This document shows positions 15,434 to 24,422 of a stretch of DNA of 32,000 nucleotides, piece after piece. Where the stretch lies: NCBI GenBank assembly GCA_030688545.1, contig JAUYHT010000001.1:30001-62000 (forward strand), read 5' to 3'. A program made the position numbers and the translations under genes. The notes under the pieces are model-generated. The model ran no database searches. It saw nothing but the letters and a program-made list of their open reading frames with translations, and was not told where the DNA came from. Source of the DNA: Candidatus Iainarchaeum sp. (GTDB taxonomy: Archaea > Iainarchaeota > Iainarchaeia > Iainarchaeales > VGJJ01). Each line of letters starts with the position of its first letter. Positions within the stretch are counted from its first letter, which is position 1.

Positions 15434-15519
15434 GGTATCCCTCCCCTCGTGACTTACTTTCAAATCGTTCGTTTTTAATCCTTCGCCACCCCCAGGTATA
15501 CGCGTCGGAAGGTGATGAC

Positions 15520-16713
15520 ATGACATCAAATGACATTGGAAAGGAATCCATCGCGTTACATGAAAGACTGGGGGGAAAGCTGGGCACGTATTCCAAGATG
15601 AAAATAGAATCTCAACACGACCTGTCGTTAGCCTACACCCCGGGCGTCGCCCAGGTGTGTCTCGAAATTCATAAGAATCCCGCGCGCGCTTTCGACTTAA
15701 CGCTCAAAAAGAATGCCCTGGCCGTCATCTCTGATGGCTCCAAAGTTTTAGGCTTAGGCAACTTAGGGGCTTTGGGGGCCATTCCCGTGATGGAGGGGAA
15801 GGCCGTTCTGTTTAAGGAGCTCGCAGGCATCGACGCTTTTCCCATCTGCATCAACACGCAGGATACCCAAGAACTCATCCGGGTCATCCGTGAGATTTCC
15901 CCTGTTTTCGGTGCCATCAACCTGGAGGACATCGTCGCTCCCAAATGTTTTGCAGTGGAGAAATCCCTCCAGGATTTGGGTATTCCGGTTTACCATGATG
16001 ATCAACATGGGACCGCGGTGGTCGTTTATGCCGGTCTCACCAATGCCTCTAAAGTGATGGGCAAATCATTCAGCCAATTGAAAGTATGCATCAATGGGGC
16101 CGGGGCCGCGGGCCACGCCGTGGCAAAAATGCTTTTGGGCATGGGTTCTCCCGACACCTTCCCATCCGTGAAGGAAGTGGTGGTGGTGGATTCCAAGGGC
16201 ATCCTGTATGATGGCCGAAACGACATGGATCCTGATAAACAGGCCCTGGCGCGGATGACCAATCCCTCAAAACGGGAGGGAAAGTTGAGGGAGGCATTGG
16301 AAAACATGGATGTATTCATCGGTGTCTCGGTGGCGGGCGCCCTGAAACCCGAATGGATGGCTAACATGAATGAAAAACCCATCATCTTTGCCCTGGCCAA
16401 CCCCACCCCCGAAATCATGCCCGATGTGGCTAAGGCCGCGGGCGCAGGTATCGTGGCCACGGGGCGGAGTGATTTTCCTAATCAAGTGAATAATGCCCTC
16501 GCCTTTCCAGGGGTGTTTCGCGGGGCCATGGATGCGCGGGCCATGCGGATTACGGAAAGCATGAATGCCGCGGCCGCCCTAGCATTGGCGGGTATGGTGA
16601 CTAACCCCTCGGAAGCATCCATTCTCCCCGAACTCCACGACAAGAATGTGGCGGCCGTCGTGGCAGCCGCGGTGAAAGCCCAAGCGCTTCGTGAGAATGT
16701 CACGCGCCCATAG
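15520..16713 (+). CDS. NAD(P)-dependent malic enzyme (short, ~400-aa prokaryotic type)
   Basis: The true start is ATG 15520 (MTSNDIGKESIALHE), preceded by GGTGA. Motifs are LSLAYTPGVA, VISDGSKVLGLGNLG, MEGKAVLFKELAGIDAF, YHDDQHGTAVV and the NAD-binding INGAGAAGHAVAKML. Confidence 0.9.
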   Translation: MTSNDIGKESIALHERLGGKLGTYSKMKIESQHDLSLAYTPGVAQVCLEIHKNPARAFDLTLKKNALAVISDGSKVLGLGNLGALGAIPVMEGKAVLFKELAGIDAFPICINTQDTQELIRVIREISPVFGAINLEDIVAPKCFAVEKSLQDLGIPVYHDDQHGTAVVVYAGLTNASKVMGKSFSQLKVCINGAGAAGHAVAKMLLGMGSPDTFPSVKEVVVVDSKGILYDGRNDMDPDKQALARMTNPSKREGKLREALENMDVFIGVSVAGALKPEWMANMNEKPIIFALANPTPEIMPDVAKAAGAGIVATGRSDFPNQVNNALAFPGVFRGAMDARAMRITESMNAAAALALAGMVTNPSEASILPELHDKNVAAVVAAAVKAQALRENVTRP

Positions 16714-17536
16714 GGGGTTGGGACGGCGTTTCCGTTTGAGGCGGCGGGGCCATTTCCAACTCCCTTCCTTTCTCCGTCAATATCAAAATATTCCCCCGTC
16801 CTTTCTTGATCTTCTTGATCAACCCATAGGATTCCAATTCCGACACGATCAATGATACCTTGGCTTCTCCAATAGTGATGTGGCTGCGCAAATCCTTCTG
16901 CGTCATCCTATTTCCTCCGCGTCGAAGATGATGAATGACTTCCACCGCATACTTATCCAAAGCTTCCACACTAAATGGTTTAGGCCATTGTTCCATCTGT
17001 TCCGTCAACCGTTCGACGTGAGTCAAATCCTGTGTTTCCGGTAATGATTTGGGGATGTTGCCGCTCTGCTTCACATGTAACACCGCATACCCCGCCCCCA
17101 GGATGAGGGTTCCCACAATTCCCATCCAGATGAGGGGGGTCTGCATGACCTGTTCCCACATGGTTAATGGTTCATCGTCCGGCAGGGGGTCATCAGGCAA
17201 CCCATTGAGAGTGGGGAGCATGATCAAATCAACCACGAATGTCCCTTCTCCGGTGATGGATATGGTTTGGTTGGTATCCATCAGTAAAATTCCCCGCTCG
17301 CTATAGGAGGCCCGGATGGTATAGTCTCCCGGTCCAATGGTAAAGGCGTATTGTCCGTCCTTGGAAAGCTTGGTTTGCGCGGGCTGGGTGTCAATAGTGA
17401 TGACGGTATTCCCCAATGGCTCTAGGGTCAGGCCGTCATAAGCCGTTCCGGTGATCGTGGCCGCGTGCACCATTCCAAGGATGAGGAAAAAGGATAGCCC
17501 CACGAGTCCAGCGTGCCGTATAATGGATGAGTCCAT
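16700..17536 (-). CDS. Bitopic membrane protein with an extracellular Ig-like (carboxypeptidase-regulatory-like) domain, a TM helix and a cytoplasmic winged-helix DNA-binding domain
   Basis: 278 aa. The signal peptide ends at MVHA-ATITG. A beta-rich segment (ITGTAYDG...YTIRASY) is followed by the TM helix LIWMGIVGTLILGAGYAVLHV. The C-terminal wHTH is MTQKDLRSHITIGEAKVSLIVSELESYGLIKKIKKGRGNILILTEKG. Confidence 0.65.
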   Translation of the reverse strand: MDSSIIRHAGLVGLSFFLILGMVHAATITGTAYDGLTLEPLGNTVITIDTQPAQTKLSKDGQYAFTIGPGDYTIRASYSERGILLMDTNQTISITGEGTFVVDLIMLPTLNGLPDDPLPDDEPLTMWEQVMQTPLIWMGIVGTLILGAGYAVLHVKQSGNIPKSLPETQDLTHVERLTEQMEQWPKPFSVEALDKYAVEVIHHLRRGGNRMTQKDLRSHITIGEAKVSLIVSELESYGLIKKIKKGRGNILILTEKGRELEMAPPPQTETPSQPPMGA

Positions 17537-17692
17537 GCTCTATGTTTGCTCTATCCTTCCTTAAAAGAATGCGGCTCAATCCGACCTTTATCTTTTCATC
17601 CGAGGGCAGATAAAGCATTTCGACACTTTTTTTACCACTCTTTGGCGAGGTTCATGAAGAATGCTTTTAAAGAAAAAAGAGAATAACCCTTC

Positions 17693-18376
17693 ATGCGCCT
17701 GCTCTTTGCCTTCTCATTCCTACTCCTAGTAATCATCCTTCCCCTCTCCCCGGTCGTGGCTGAAAATAAATACGACCCTTCCTCCTTCCGCATCAGTTCT
17801 TCCTCTCGTATTCCAGATGGAACAGTATCCCTCATCTCGCCCCCCCTTCCTATTCATTCGGGTCCTACTACCCTCATTGATGTCGAGACCGAAGGCCAGG
17901 TCGTGAGGAATGAACAGGTGGTGGCTCGATCTACGTATGCGGCCGCCCGTGCCAACCTGGCCAATGCTTCCCAGTCCGAACGCCGCGAGGCCATTCAATC
18001 CTATAGTGATAGCCGGGCGCTGCTCATGGGGGCCATCCTCAATTCCCTCATCACCATCTATCATAAGACTAATCTCCTCACCGAGCGGATGGAAACAGCG
18101 ACGCTCCGCCTCGACACATTATATGCGCGCAAGCGCGCCGGGGGGGTGCAGGTTCCCTCGTACGACGCCCGCTACCAGGCACTTAGGACTGAGTGGGCCG
18201 AAATCAGTTCTCAGAACGCCGAGGCCGCCCAGGCATTAGAGGCCGCCGCCACCTCCCAGAACAAGGACCCCTCCATTAGGGAAGCCAAAGAATCCTTGAG
18301 GCGTTCCATCACTCGTCTCCAATCCTTCCTGGAAGATTATCGCGCGCTCGCGCAAGATGTCGTGCAAGCCCGTTGA
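17693..18376 (+). CDS. Secreted helical/coiled-coil hypothetical protein
   Basis: 227 aa. It has a signal peptide (MRLLFAFSFLLLVIILPLSPVVA) and an Ala/Arg/Gln-rich helical C-terminal two thirds. A TATA-like TTTTAAAG (17665-17672) is centred about 25 nt upstream of the ATG. Confidence 0.55.
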   Translation: MRLLFAFSFLLLVIILPLSPVVAENKYDPSSFRISSSSRIPDGTVSLISPPLPIHSGPTTLIDVETEGQVVRNEQVVARSTYAAARANLANASQSERREAIQSYSDSRALLMGAILNSLITIYHKTNLLTERMETATLRLDTLYARKRAGGVQVPSYDARYQALRTEWAEISSQNAEAAQALEAAATSQNKDPSIREAKESLRRSITRLQSFLEDYRALAQDVVQAR

Positions 18377-18496
18377 ATTAGCTGGAAAGTGTATGGGTGA
18401 AGAAACCCATTTTAGTATTTCCCCCGCATCTCCTCTCTCTTTTTCATCCCATAGTCTAATACCCATTTTTAATCAATCCACCCTCTCTATCCTCTC

Positions 18497-19441
18497 ATGC
18501 CCTCCCCCCGCGATGTCATCATTCTGGGTGGTGGTATCTCCGCCCACACCGCGGCGCTCTATTCAGCTCGCGCCGCCTTGCAGCCTCTTATCATTTCAGG
18601 GGAGAAACCTGACCAACTGTCATTGACCACGCTTGTGGAGAATTTCCCTGGTTTTCCTAATGGGATTAATGGTCCTGATCTCGTGACGAATGCGCGTCAG
18701 CAGGCTGAAAAGTTTGGTGCGCAATACCAAAGCGGTCGCGCCACCGCCATTCAACGTCTTCCAAATGGCTTTTTTGAAGTGACCACGACCGAAGGAATTT
18801 TCCAAGCTCGCACCGTCATCATTAGCACGGGGGCGGATGCCCGTGTCACGGGTATTCCGGGAGAAAAGGAATTCTTCGGACGCGGCGTTTCCACGTGTGC
18901 GGTGTGCGACGCGGCCCTCTACCGGGGGAAAGAAACGGTTGTCATCGGGGGTGGGGATTCAGCGATGGAGGAAAGCCTGGCCTTGTATAAGTTTGCCAAG
19001 AAAGTCACCATCGTCCACCGCCGAGATACCTTCCGCGCCTCCCAGATCATGCAAGACCGGATGGTGGGGTTGAAGGATAAGGTCACCGTCCTCTGGGATT
19101 CGGTTCCTATGGGGGTGCTGGGTGACAAATTGGTATCAGGGGTGAAGATAAAGAACCTCAAGACGGGAGTGGAAACCATTCTCCCCGCTGATGGCATGTT
19201 CCTCGCCATTGGGCATATTCCCAACACGGATTTCCTCAAAGATTTTTTGACCCTGGATGCCAATGGTTTCATCATCACGCAGGGGGTGAAGACCTCGCAA
19301 CCCGGGGTGTTCGCGGCGGGTGACGTGATGGATCCCCGTTACAAGCAGGCCATCACGTCCGCTGGCACCGGGTGCCAGGCCGCGCTTGAAGCCGAATGGT
19401 ATATTGAACATCTCAAAGCGGAGGGTAAATATGAGTCCTGA
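18497..19441 (+). CDS. trxB: Thioredoxin-disulfide reductase
   Basis: 314 aa. Motifs are FAD-binding VIILGGGISAHTAA, redox-active CAVCD, NADPH-binding VVIGGGDSAMEE with HRRDTFRAS, and C-terminal GVFAAGDV. Confidence 0.9.
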   Translation: MPSPRDVIILGGGISAHTAALYSARAALQPLIISGEKPDQLSLTTLVENFPGFPNGINGPDLVTNARQQAEKFGAQYQSGRATAIQRLPNGFFEVTTTEGIFQARTVIISTGADARVTGIPGEKEFFGRGVSTCAVCDAALYRGKETVVIGGGDSAMEESLALYKFAKKVTIVHRRDTFRASQIMQDRMVGLKDKVTVLWDSVPMGVLGDKLVSGVKIKNLKTGVETILPADGMFLAIGHIPNTDFLKDFLTLDANGFIITQGVKTSQPGVFAAGDVMDPRYKQAITSAGTGCQAALEAEWYIEHLKAEGKYES

Positions 19442-19523
19442 TTTCCATTCGACTCGTGTCCCATCCTTCTTTTAAACTTCAATTTTTCTCCCTCGCTATC
19501 ACCCGAAGGGGGGATTACCTTCC

Positions 19524-20630
19524 ATGACTATTTATGATCCATTCGGTCCCGAGAAAATCATCCAGTTGTACGATCCCAAATCCGGGATGCGCGGGGTAAT
19601 CGTAATTGATAACACCGCTCGCGGCCCCGGGAAAGGGGGCACGCGCATGACGGGAAGTGTGAGTCTCCAGGAAGTGATGCGCCTCGCCCGCACGATGACA
19701 TGGAAGAATGCCATGGCCGATCTCCCCTTCGGAGGGGCCAAATCTGGTATTATCTTTGATCCTCATTCCCATTCCCCTCAAAAAAAGAAGCAAATCGTCG
19801 AAGCATTCGGCCGCGCCCTTAAGGGAATGGCCCCCCATCTGTATATCGGGGCGCCCGACATGAACATGGCCGAGAAAGAGATGGCCTGGATTGTTCAGTC
19901 CGTGGGAAACCGGAAGGCCGTTACCGGTAAACCCTTTTCCATGCGCGGCCTCCCTCATGAGTTAGGATCCACTGGCTTCGGGGTGGCGCATGCCACATTA
20001 TTAGGCATTCATCACATAGGGATGAACCCCGAGGAGGCACGCGTGGCCATCGAAGGGTATGGCAACGTGGGCACGTTCGTCCACCAATACTTATCCGAAT
20101 GGGGAGTTATGGTGACTGCGGCTTCCGATTCCAAAGGGGTCATTTCAGATAACCGGGGATTGGATTATGAGCGCCTAATCAAAATTAAAAAAGAACAGGG
20201 GAGCGTGACCAAATACCAAGGGAAATACGCCCGGGTTTCTTCCAACATCCTCACCGCGCCCGCCAACGTATTAGTCACGGCGGCCATCCCCGATCTGGTG
20301 ACGATGGAAAACATCTCCCAGGTCAAACATTCCCTCCTCGTGGAAGGGAGCAACATCCCCATGTCCTTGAGTGTGGAGAAGCGTCTCCACGCGCGTGGCA
20401 CGTATGTCATTCCCGATTTCGTGGCCAACGCGGGAGGCGTTATTTCTTCCTATGTGGAGCATATCGGGGGCACCCAAAACCAGATGTTCCGGATGGTGGA
20501 GTCCAAGATCAAGAAGAACGTGAAAGCCATGTTCCACGAGCATCGTAATAAAGAATCCCCACGCGACGCCGCCATGCGCCTCGCCATCCGGCGAGTAAAG
20601 CAGGGCAAATGGAAAGGACCTAAGGTGTAA
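19524..20630 (+). CDS. Glu/Leu/Phe/Val dehydrogenase family enzyme (short, Leu/Val-dehydrogenase-like length)
   Basis: 368 aa. Motifs are GPGKGGTRM, the catalytic Lys context LPFGGAKSGII and the Rossmann GYGNVGTF. N-terminal length and layout resemble the ~360-aa Leu/Val/Phe dehydrogenases rather than ~420-450-aa GDH. Confidence 0.85.
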   Translation: MTIYDPFGPEKIIQLYDPKSGMRGVIVIDNTARGPGKGGTRMTGSVSLQEVMRLARTMTWKNAMADLPFGGAKSGIIFDPHSHSPQKKKQIVEAFGRALKGMAPHLYIGAPDMNMAEKEMAWIVQSVGNRKAVTGKPFSMRGLPHELGSTGFGVAHATLLGIHHIGMNPEEARVAIEGYGNVGTFVHQYLSEWGVMVTAASDSKGVISDNRGLDYERLIKIKKEQGSVTKYQGKYARVSSNILTAPANVLVTAAIPDLVTMENISQVKHSLLVEGSNIPMSLSVEKRLHARGTYVIPDFVANAGGVISSYVEHIGGTQNQMFRMVESKIKKNVKAMFHEHRNKESPRDAAMRLAIRRVKQGKWKGPKV

Positions 20631-20642
20631 TTCGGTTCTTTT

Positions 20643-20909
20643 TTAATCCCAGCTTCGACTATGGGGGCCGCCGCTTCGAGGACGAGGATGGCGTAATCGA
20701 ATAGGATCGTAATGTTCTTTCATAAAAGATTCTGCTTGTTTTTTCGCGGCTGCCTTTGTTACTCCTTGGTCCATTAATTTTTTAACAAGGCCATTTGCGA
20801 TCTCTTGCCGGGGCATTCCTAAAAGACCAAATCCTATCACAAAAGATGAATCAAGTCGTGGGCCTTGTTTGTTTACTTCAGGTTTGCGGTATCTTCTGGG
20901 TTTTGGCAT
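20643..20909 (-). CDS. Hypothetical small basic protein (88 aa)
   Basis: It begins MPKPRRYRKPEV. The TATA box ATATAAAATA (20931-20940) is centred about 26 nt upstream of its ATG (leaderless geometry). I recognise no motif. Confidence 0.45.
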   Translation of the reverse strand: MPKPRRYRKPEVNKQGPRLDSSFVIGFGLLGMPRQEIANGLVKKLMDQGVTKAAAKKQAESFMKEHYDPIRLRHPRPRSGGPHSRSWD

Positions 20910-20959
20910 ATCCAGCGGTAGGATCTGGAGATATAAAATAGTATATGCCTTTACTCGAT

Positions 20960-22096
20960 ATGCCTTCTCCCTTTTCTCTTGCCCATGAAGATGGGCAAGC
21001 TTCTGCGCGTGCAGGGAAATTGAATCTCTCCCATGGGAAGGTCGAAACCCCTTTTTTCATGCCCGTGGCCACCAAAGGAAGCGTGAAGCACCTCACTATC
21101 AACGAAGCCTCCCAGATAGGTTACCGGTGCCTGATTGCCAATGCCTTCATATTCTATCTCCGCCCCGGCCTGGACGTGGTTGAGCGAGCGGGGGGTATTC
21201 ATTCGTTCATGGGTTGGAAGCACAACCTTTTCACCGATTCCGGGGGTTTCCAAATCCTGGACGAAGGGTTTCTCCGCGCCCGCACGGAAGAGGGGGTGGT
21301 GCTCAACAATCCCTTCACCAAAAAGCCGGACTTGTTTACTCCCGAGCGATGCATGGAGGTACAAATGCGTTTGGGCAGCGATGTGGCCATGTGTCTGGAT
21401 GATGTTCCCCGGTTTGGGGAGGATAAGGGTAAACCGTTTTATGCGGAAACACTCCAGCGAACGTTGCAGTGGGCCCAGCGCTGTCGTTCCTCGCATGAAT
21501 CCAAGAAACAGTTGTTGTTTGGTATTTCTCAGGGTGGAACTTTTTTGGATTTGCGAAAAAAGGGTTTAGACTCTTTGAAAGAAATGGGTTTCGACGGGAT
21601 GGCTTTGGGGGGCCTCGCCATCGGCGAACCCAAACCCACGATGCAACGCATTATATCCCTGGGTAGAAAAACCATTTCGGCGGATATGCCCCTCTACGTG
21701 ATGGGGTTGGGTACTCCAGAAGATATCATCCAGGCCATTTCAAATGGGGCAGACATTTTCGATTCGGCATTTCCAACCCGAACCGCCCGTCATGGCCTCG
21801 CCCTCACTTCCAGTGGAAGGATTTCTATCCGCCATTCCAAGTACGCTTCCGATTTTTCCCCACTTGATTTGGATTGTTCATGCCTCATCTGCCATTCCCA
21901 TTCTCGCGCTTTCCTGCACCATCTTTCAAAAAATAATGAGGAGTCCGGCGCCCGTTTCTTAACGCATCATAATCTCGCGTTCCTCCAGCGCACCCTGGAA
22001 GAGGCCCGCACGGCTATTCGTGAAAACGAATTCCATTCCTTTGCCACGCAATTCCTCCAATCCTTCCACTCTGGGCAGGTGCCCTCACAGTTATAA
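20960..22096 (+). CDS. tgt: tRNA-guanine transglycosylase, catalytic domain only (no C-terminal PUA-type domains)
   Basis: The ORF track starts at 20945. I prefer ATG 20960 because the shared TATA (20931-20940) is centred about 25 nt upstream of it, and the N-terminal length then matches TGTs. Motifs are VETPFFMPVATKG, catalytic TDSGGFQI, GLAIGE and the zinc site CSCLICHSHSRAFLHHL. Confidence 0.85.
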   Translation: MPSPFSLAHEDGQASARAGKLNLSHGKVETPFFMPVATKGSVKHLTINEASQIGYRCLIANAFIFYLRPGLDVVERAGGIHSFMGWKHNLFTDSGGFQILDEGFLRARTEEGVVLNNPFTKKPDLFTPERCMEVQMRLGSDVAMCLDDVPRFGEDKGKPFYAETLQRTLQWAQRCRSSHESKKQLLFGISQGGTFLDLRKKGLDSLKEMGFDGMALGGLAIGEPKPTMQRIISLGRKTISADMPLYVMGLGTPEDIIQAISNGADIFDSAFPTRTARHGLALTSSGRISIRHSKYASDFSPLDLDCSCLICHSHSRAFLHHLSKNNEESGARFLTHHNLAFLQRTLEEARTAIRENEFHSFATQFLQSFHSGQVPSQL

Positions 22097-22130
22097 ACAC
22101 TCGAAACAGGAGTTATGGGAAGGTGGTTCC

Positions 22131-23276
22131 ATGGCATTCACAGCTCCCAAAATCCAAGATATTCTGATTCCTGATTTCCAGCGCGTGGCGCACGACGCGC
22201 CGGTGACGTCCCTATATACTGCTTTGGGGAAGAGCAAGGGTGTCCCTGCTCTCGTGTTCAAAGGGAAGGATTTCGCCGGCCTCGTAACGGCCTCCGAGTT
22301 GCTTCGGAATGTGAATGCCTCCCGGACAAAGGTTTCCACCCTCCTCCGGAAAACGCCTTCCTTAAAATTTTCGGATTCACTTGAAACGGCTATTCACCTC
22401 ATGCGGGATGCGGATGTCCGGGTTTTACCTGTCATGGTTAGAGGAAACGTCGTGGGGATCGTGCGCGCCAGAGATATATTGAAAGCCCTCATCAAACATC
22501 CTGTTTTTGACCAAGTGACTGCGTCCCGGTTGGCCACCCTTTCTCCCTATTCAGTATCCCCAAATGATGACCTCGGCAAAGCGCTCACTATCATGCGCGA
22601 TAACCACGTGCGCAAACTTGCCGTTACGGACGCGCGGGGCCTTCCAGTGGGGTTGATAAAACTGGAGGATCTGGCCGGTGATATCCTGGCCAAGATGGAT
22701 ACGGGCCCCGATAAATATTTCCGGATGGGCAAGGATGCCCAATCCATATCCAAACCCTCCCCTATGAGCATGAAGGTCGCGGGCATCATGGAAGATCTCC
22801 CCGTGATTGTGGATCCCGAGGCCCGGATGCGGGATGTCCTAAAACAGATGGCCAAACAGAACAATCCGGCCGTCCTGGTAAAGCACAACATGCTCATCGC
22901 GACGCAGGATGTGTATAACTATTATCTGGCGGCGCTTCTTCCTCAAACCCTGCCCATCGCCATCTCTCATCTCCCGGATGTGGATGGGATTGATCAAGGG
23001 TTCATCGAGCAGACTTTGGAGCGGACATTCCAGAAGCTCATGCGCGTTCTGAAAAGCGATCATCACTTGCATGCTGTCTACAAGCAGGTTCAAAAATCAG
23101 GCTTGCGAGCCCGAACCAATGTCCGATTGTCCCTTGAAGGCGCGGGTCGCTCCTACCATGCCGAAGCCACGGATTGGAAGGTCCGCCTCGCTACCGTAGA
23201 GGCGTGTAAAACCATCGAGAAAGAGGTTTTACGGGCATTTAGATCCAATTCCTCCCGCAAGAATAGGGCAGTTTAA
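22131..23276 (+). CDS. CBS-domain (two Bateman modules) protein with a C-terminal HPF/RaiA-like beta-alpha-beta-beta-beta-alpha segment
   Basis: The true start is ATG 22131 (MAFTAPKIQ), preceded by GGTGG. Repeated CBS-type strands include VLPVMVRGNVVGIVRARDIL, VRKLAVTDARGLPVGLIKLEDL and others. See the findings for the C-terminal 113 aa. Confidence 0.7.
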   Translation: MAFTAPKIQDILIPDFQRVAHDAPVTSLYTALGKSKGVPALVFKGKDFAGLVTASELLRNVNASRTKVSTLLRKTPSLKFSDSLETAIHLMRDADVRVLPVMVRGNVVGIVRARDILKALIKHPVFDQVTASRLATLSPYSVSPNDDLGKALTIMRDNHVRKLAVTDARGLPVGLIKLEDLAGDILAKMDTGPDKYFRMGKDAQSISKPSPMSMKVAGIMEDLPVIVDPEARMRDVLKQMAKQNNPAVLVKHNMLIATQDVYNYYLAALLPQTLPIAISHLPDVDGIDQGFIEQTLERTFQKLMRVLKSDHHLHAVYKQVQKSGLRARTNVRLSLEGAGRSYHAEATDWKVRLATVEACKTIEKEVLRAFRSNSSRKNRAV

Positions 23277-23294
23277 AAGCATTCATCCCGGCTC

Positions 23295-24035
23295 ATGGGT
23301 ATGGTGGAATTCAAAACCAAAATTTCCAACATCCTGGATTATCCCGCCCCCGAGAATGGCGCCACGCGCGTGTTCGAGTGTCCCATTCCGGATGGAATTG
23401 AAATGCCCTACCTCCCTGGTCAATTCGCCATGATTTCCCATCCGGAAGTCAAATTACTAGCCAACCCCACCCAAACCAAATGGGCGTCCTATTCCATCTC
23501 CTCTTCCCCCACCCAAAATGAAAAATTGGAGTTCTGCCTCGGTGGAGGCTCCCCCACGGGGGTGACGCACCGGCTCATGCAGGCCAAAGAAGGGGAAGAG
23601 ATAGCTATCCGCGGCCCTTTTGGTAAATTCATTCTTGAAGAGGACGCACCCGAATATGTTATGCTCGCCACGGGCACGGGCATTGCTCCCATCATCTCCA
23701 TGACGCGCACCCTCCTGGCCAAAGGGAAAACGGTTCCCATCTCTCTTTATTTCGGTTTCCGTTTTCCCGGGCAATTCATGTATCGCGAGGAACTCTTGGC
23801 GCTCCAGGAACAATATCCCCACTTTCATTACTATCCCATTGCCTCTCGTCCAGAAGACTCGTGGGGGTTTGCTAAAGGACACATCCAAGATGTGTTGAAA
23901 GACTATCATTCTCCCTCATCCAATCAGGCGAAAGTATACATCTGCGGCAAGCCCGCTATCGCAGAGGAACTGGTCACCTTTTGCCAGGAAACCCTTCATT
24001 TCCCCACAGCCAATGTGCACATCGAGAAATGGTGA
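23295..24035 (+). CDS. FNR-like FAD/NAD(P)-binding oxidoreductase
   Basis: 246 aa. Motifs are GQFAMIS, the FAD-binding WASYSISS (RxYS-type), GPFGKF and the NAD(P)-binding MLATGTGIAPIISM. There is no Fe-S Cys cluster. Confidence 0.75.
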   Translation: MGMVEFKTKISNILDYPAPENGATRVFECPIPDGIEMPYLPGQFAMISHPEVKLLANPTQTKWASYSISSSPTQNEKLEFCLGGGSPTGVTHRLMQAKEGEEIAIRGPFGKFILEEDAPEYVMLATGTGIAPIISMTRTLLAKGKTVPISLYFGFRFPGQFMYREELLALQEQYPHFHYYPIASRPEDSWGFAKGHIQDVLKDYHSPSSNQAKVYICGKPAIAEELVTFCQETLHFPTANVHIEKW

Positions 24036-24039
24036 ATTT

Positions 24040-24420
24040 ATGGCCAAACCCTTTTTCATGAAGCTCGTGGTGTATGCCCCCAAAACGCATGTTGATCCTA
24101 TTCTCGAGGCATTGCATCAGACTGGTTGCGGGAAATCAGACGGCGGCAAATACGAAGGACGCGCCTTCCTCACATTCGGACATGGCACATGGATCGCGCT
24201 CAAGGGGAGTAAGCCTTTCAAAGGGCGTCTCAACCGTCGCGAAATGGTTCAGGAAGTCCGGATCGAGACCACGTGTCCCAAAGAAAAATCGGCAGACATC
24301 CTCCGCATCATCCGATCAATTCATCCCTATGAAGAACCCGTGATTGAAATCTATTCCTTGGACGCCGTTTCCAATGCGGCCCCCCTCAAGGCAGGGGCCA
24401 AAGTTCTCCGGTACAAGTAG
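24040..24420 (+). CDS. COG3323-type protein (stand-alone homologue of the Nif3/YqfO C-terminal PII-like domain)
   Basis: The true start is ATG 24040, with GGTGA overlapping the upstream stop. The pattern is KLVVYAPKTHVDPILEALHQTGCG...FKG...EVRIETTCPKE...IIRSIHPYEEPVIEIY. Confidence 0.6.
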   Translation: MAKPFFMKLVVYAPKTHVDPILEALHQTGCGKSDGGKYEGRAFLTFGHGTWIALKGSKPFKGRLNRREMVQEVRIETTCPKEKSADILRIIRSIHPYEEPVIEIYSLDAVSNAAPLKAGAKVLRYK

Positions 24421-24422
24421 CG

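Noticed and set aside
15263-15478. A 71-aa plus-strand ORF in the SUF/malic-enzyme gap.
   Set aside because: It has a Pro-rich, low-complexity first half and no RBS or TATA at a sensible distance. It overlaps the better-signalled minus-strand micro-ORF and the malic enzyme promoter region.
17664-17680. A CTTTTAAAGAAAAAAG near-palindrome, with a nearby TTTGGCGAG (17641-17649), as a further member of the hairpin/module repeat family.
   Set aside because: The A/T element sits exactly at TATA-box distance from ATG 17693 and has no GC-containing outer arms. A single 9-mer match is within chance expectation (order 0.2 per 32 kb, both strands).
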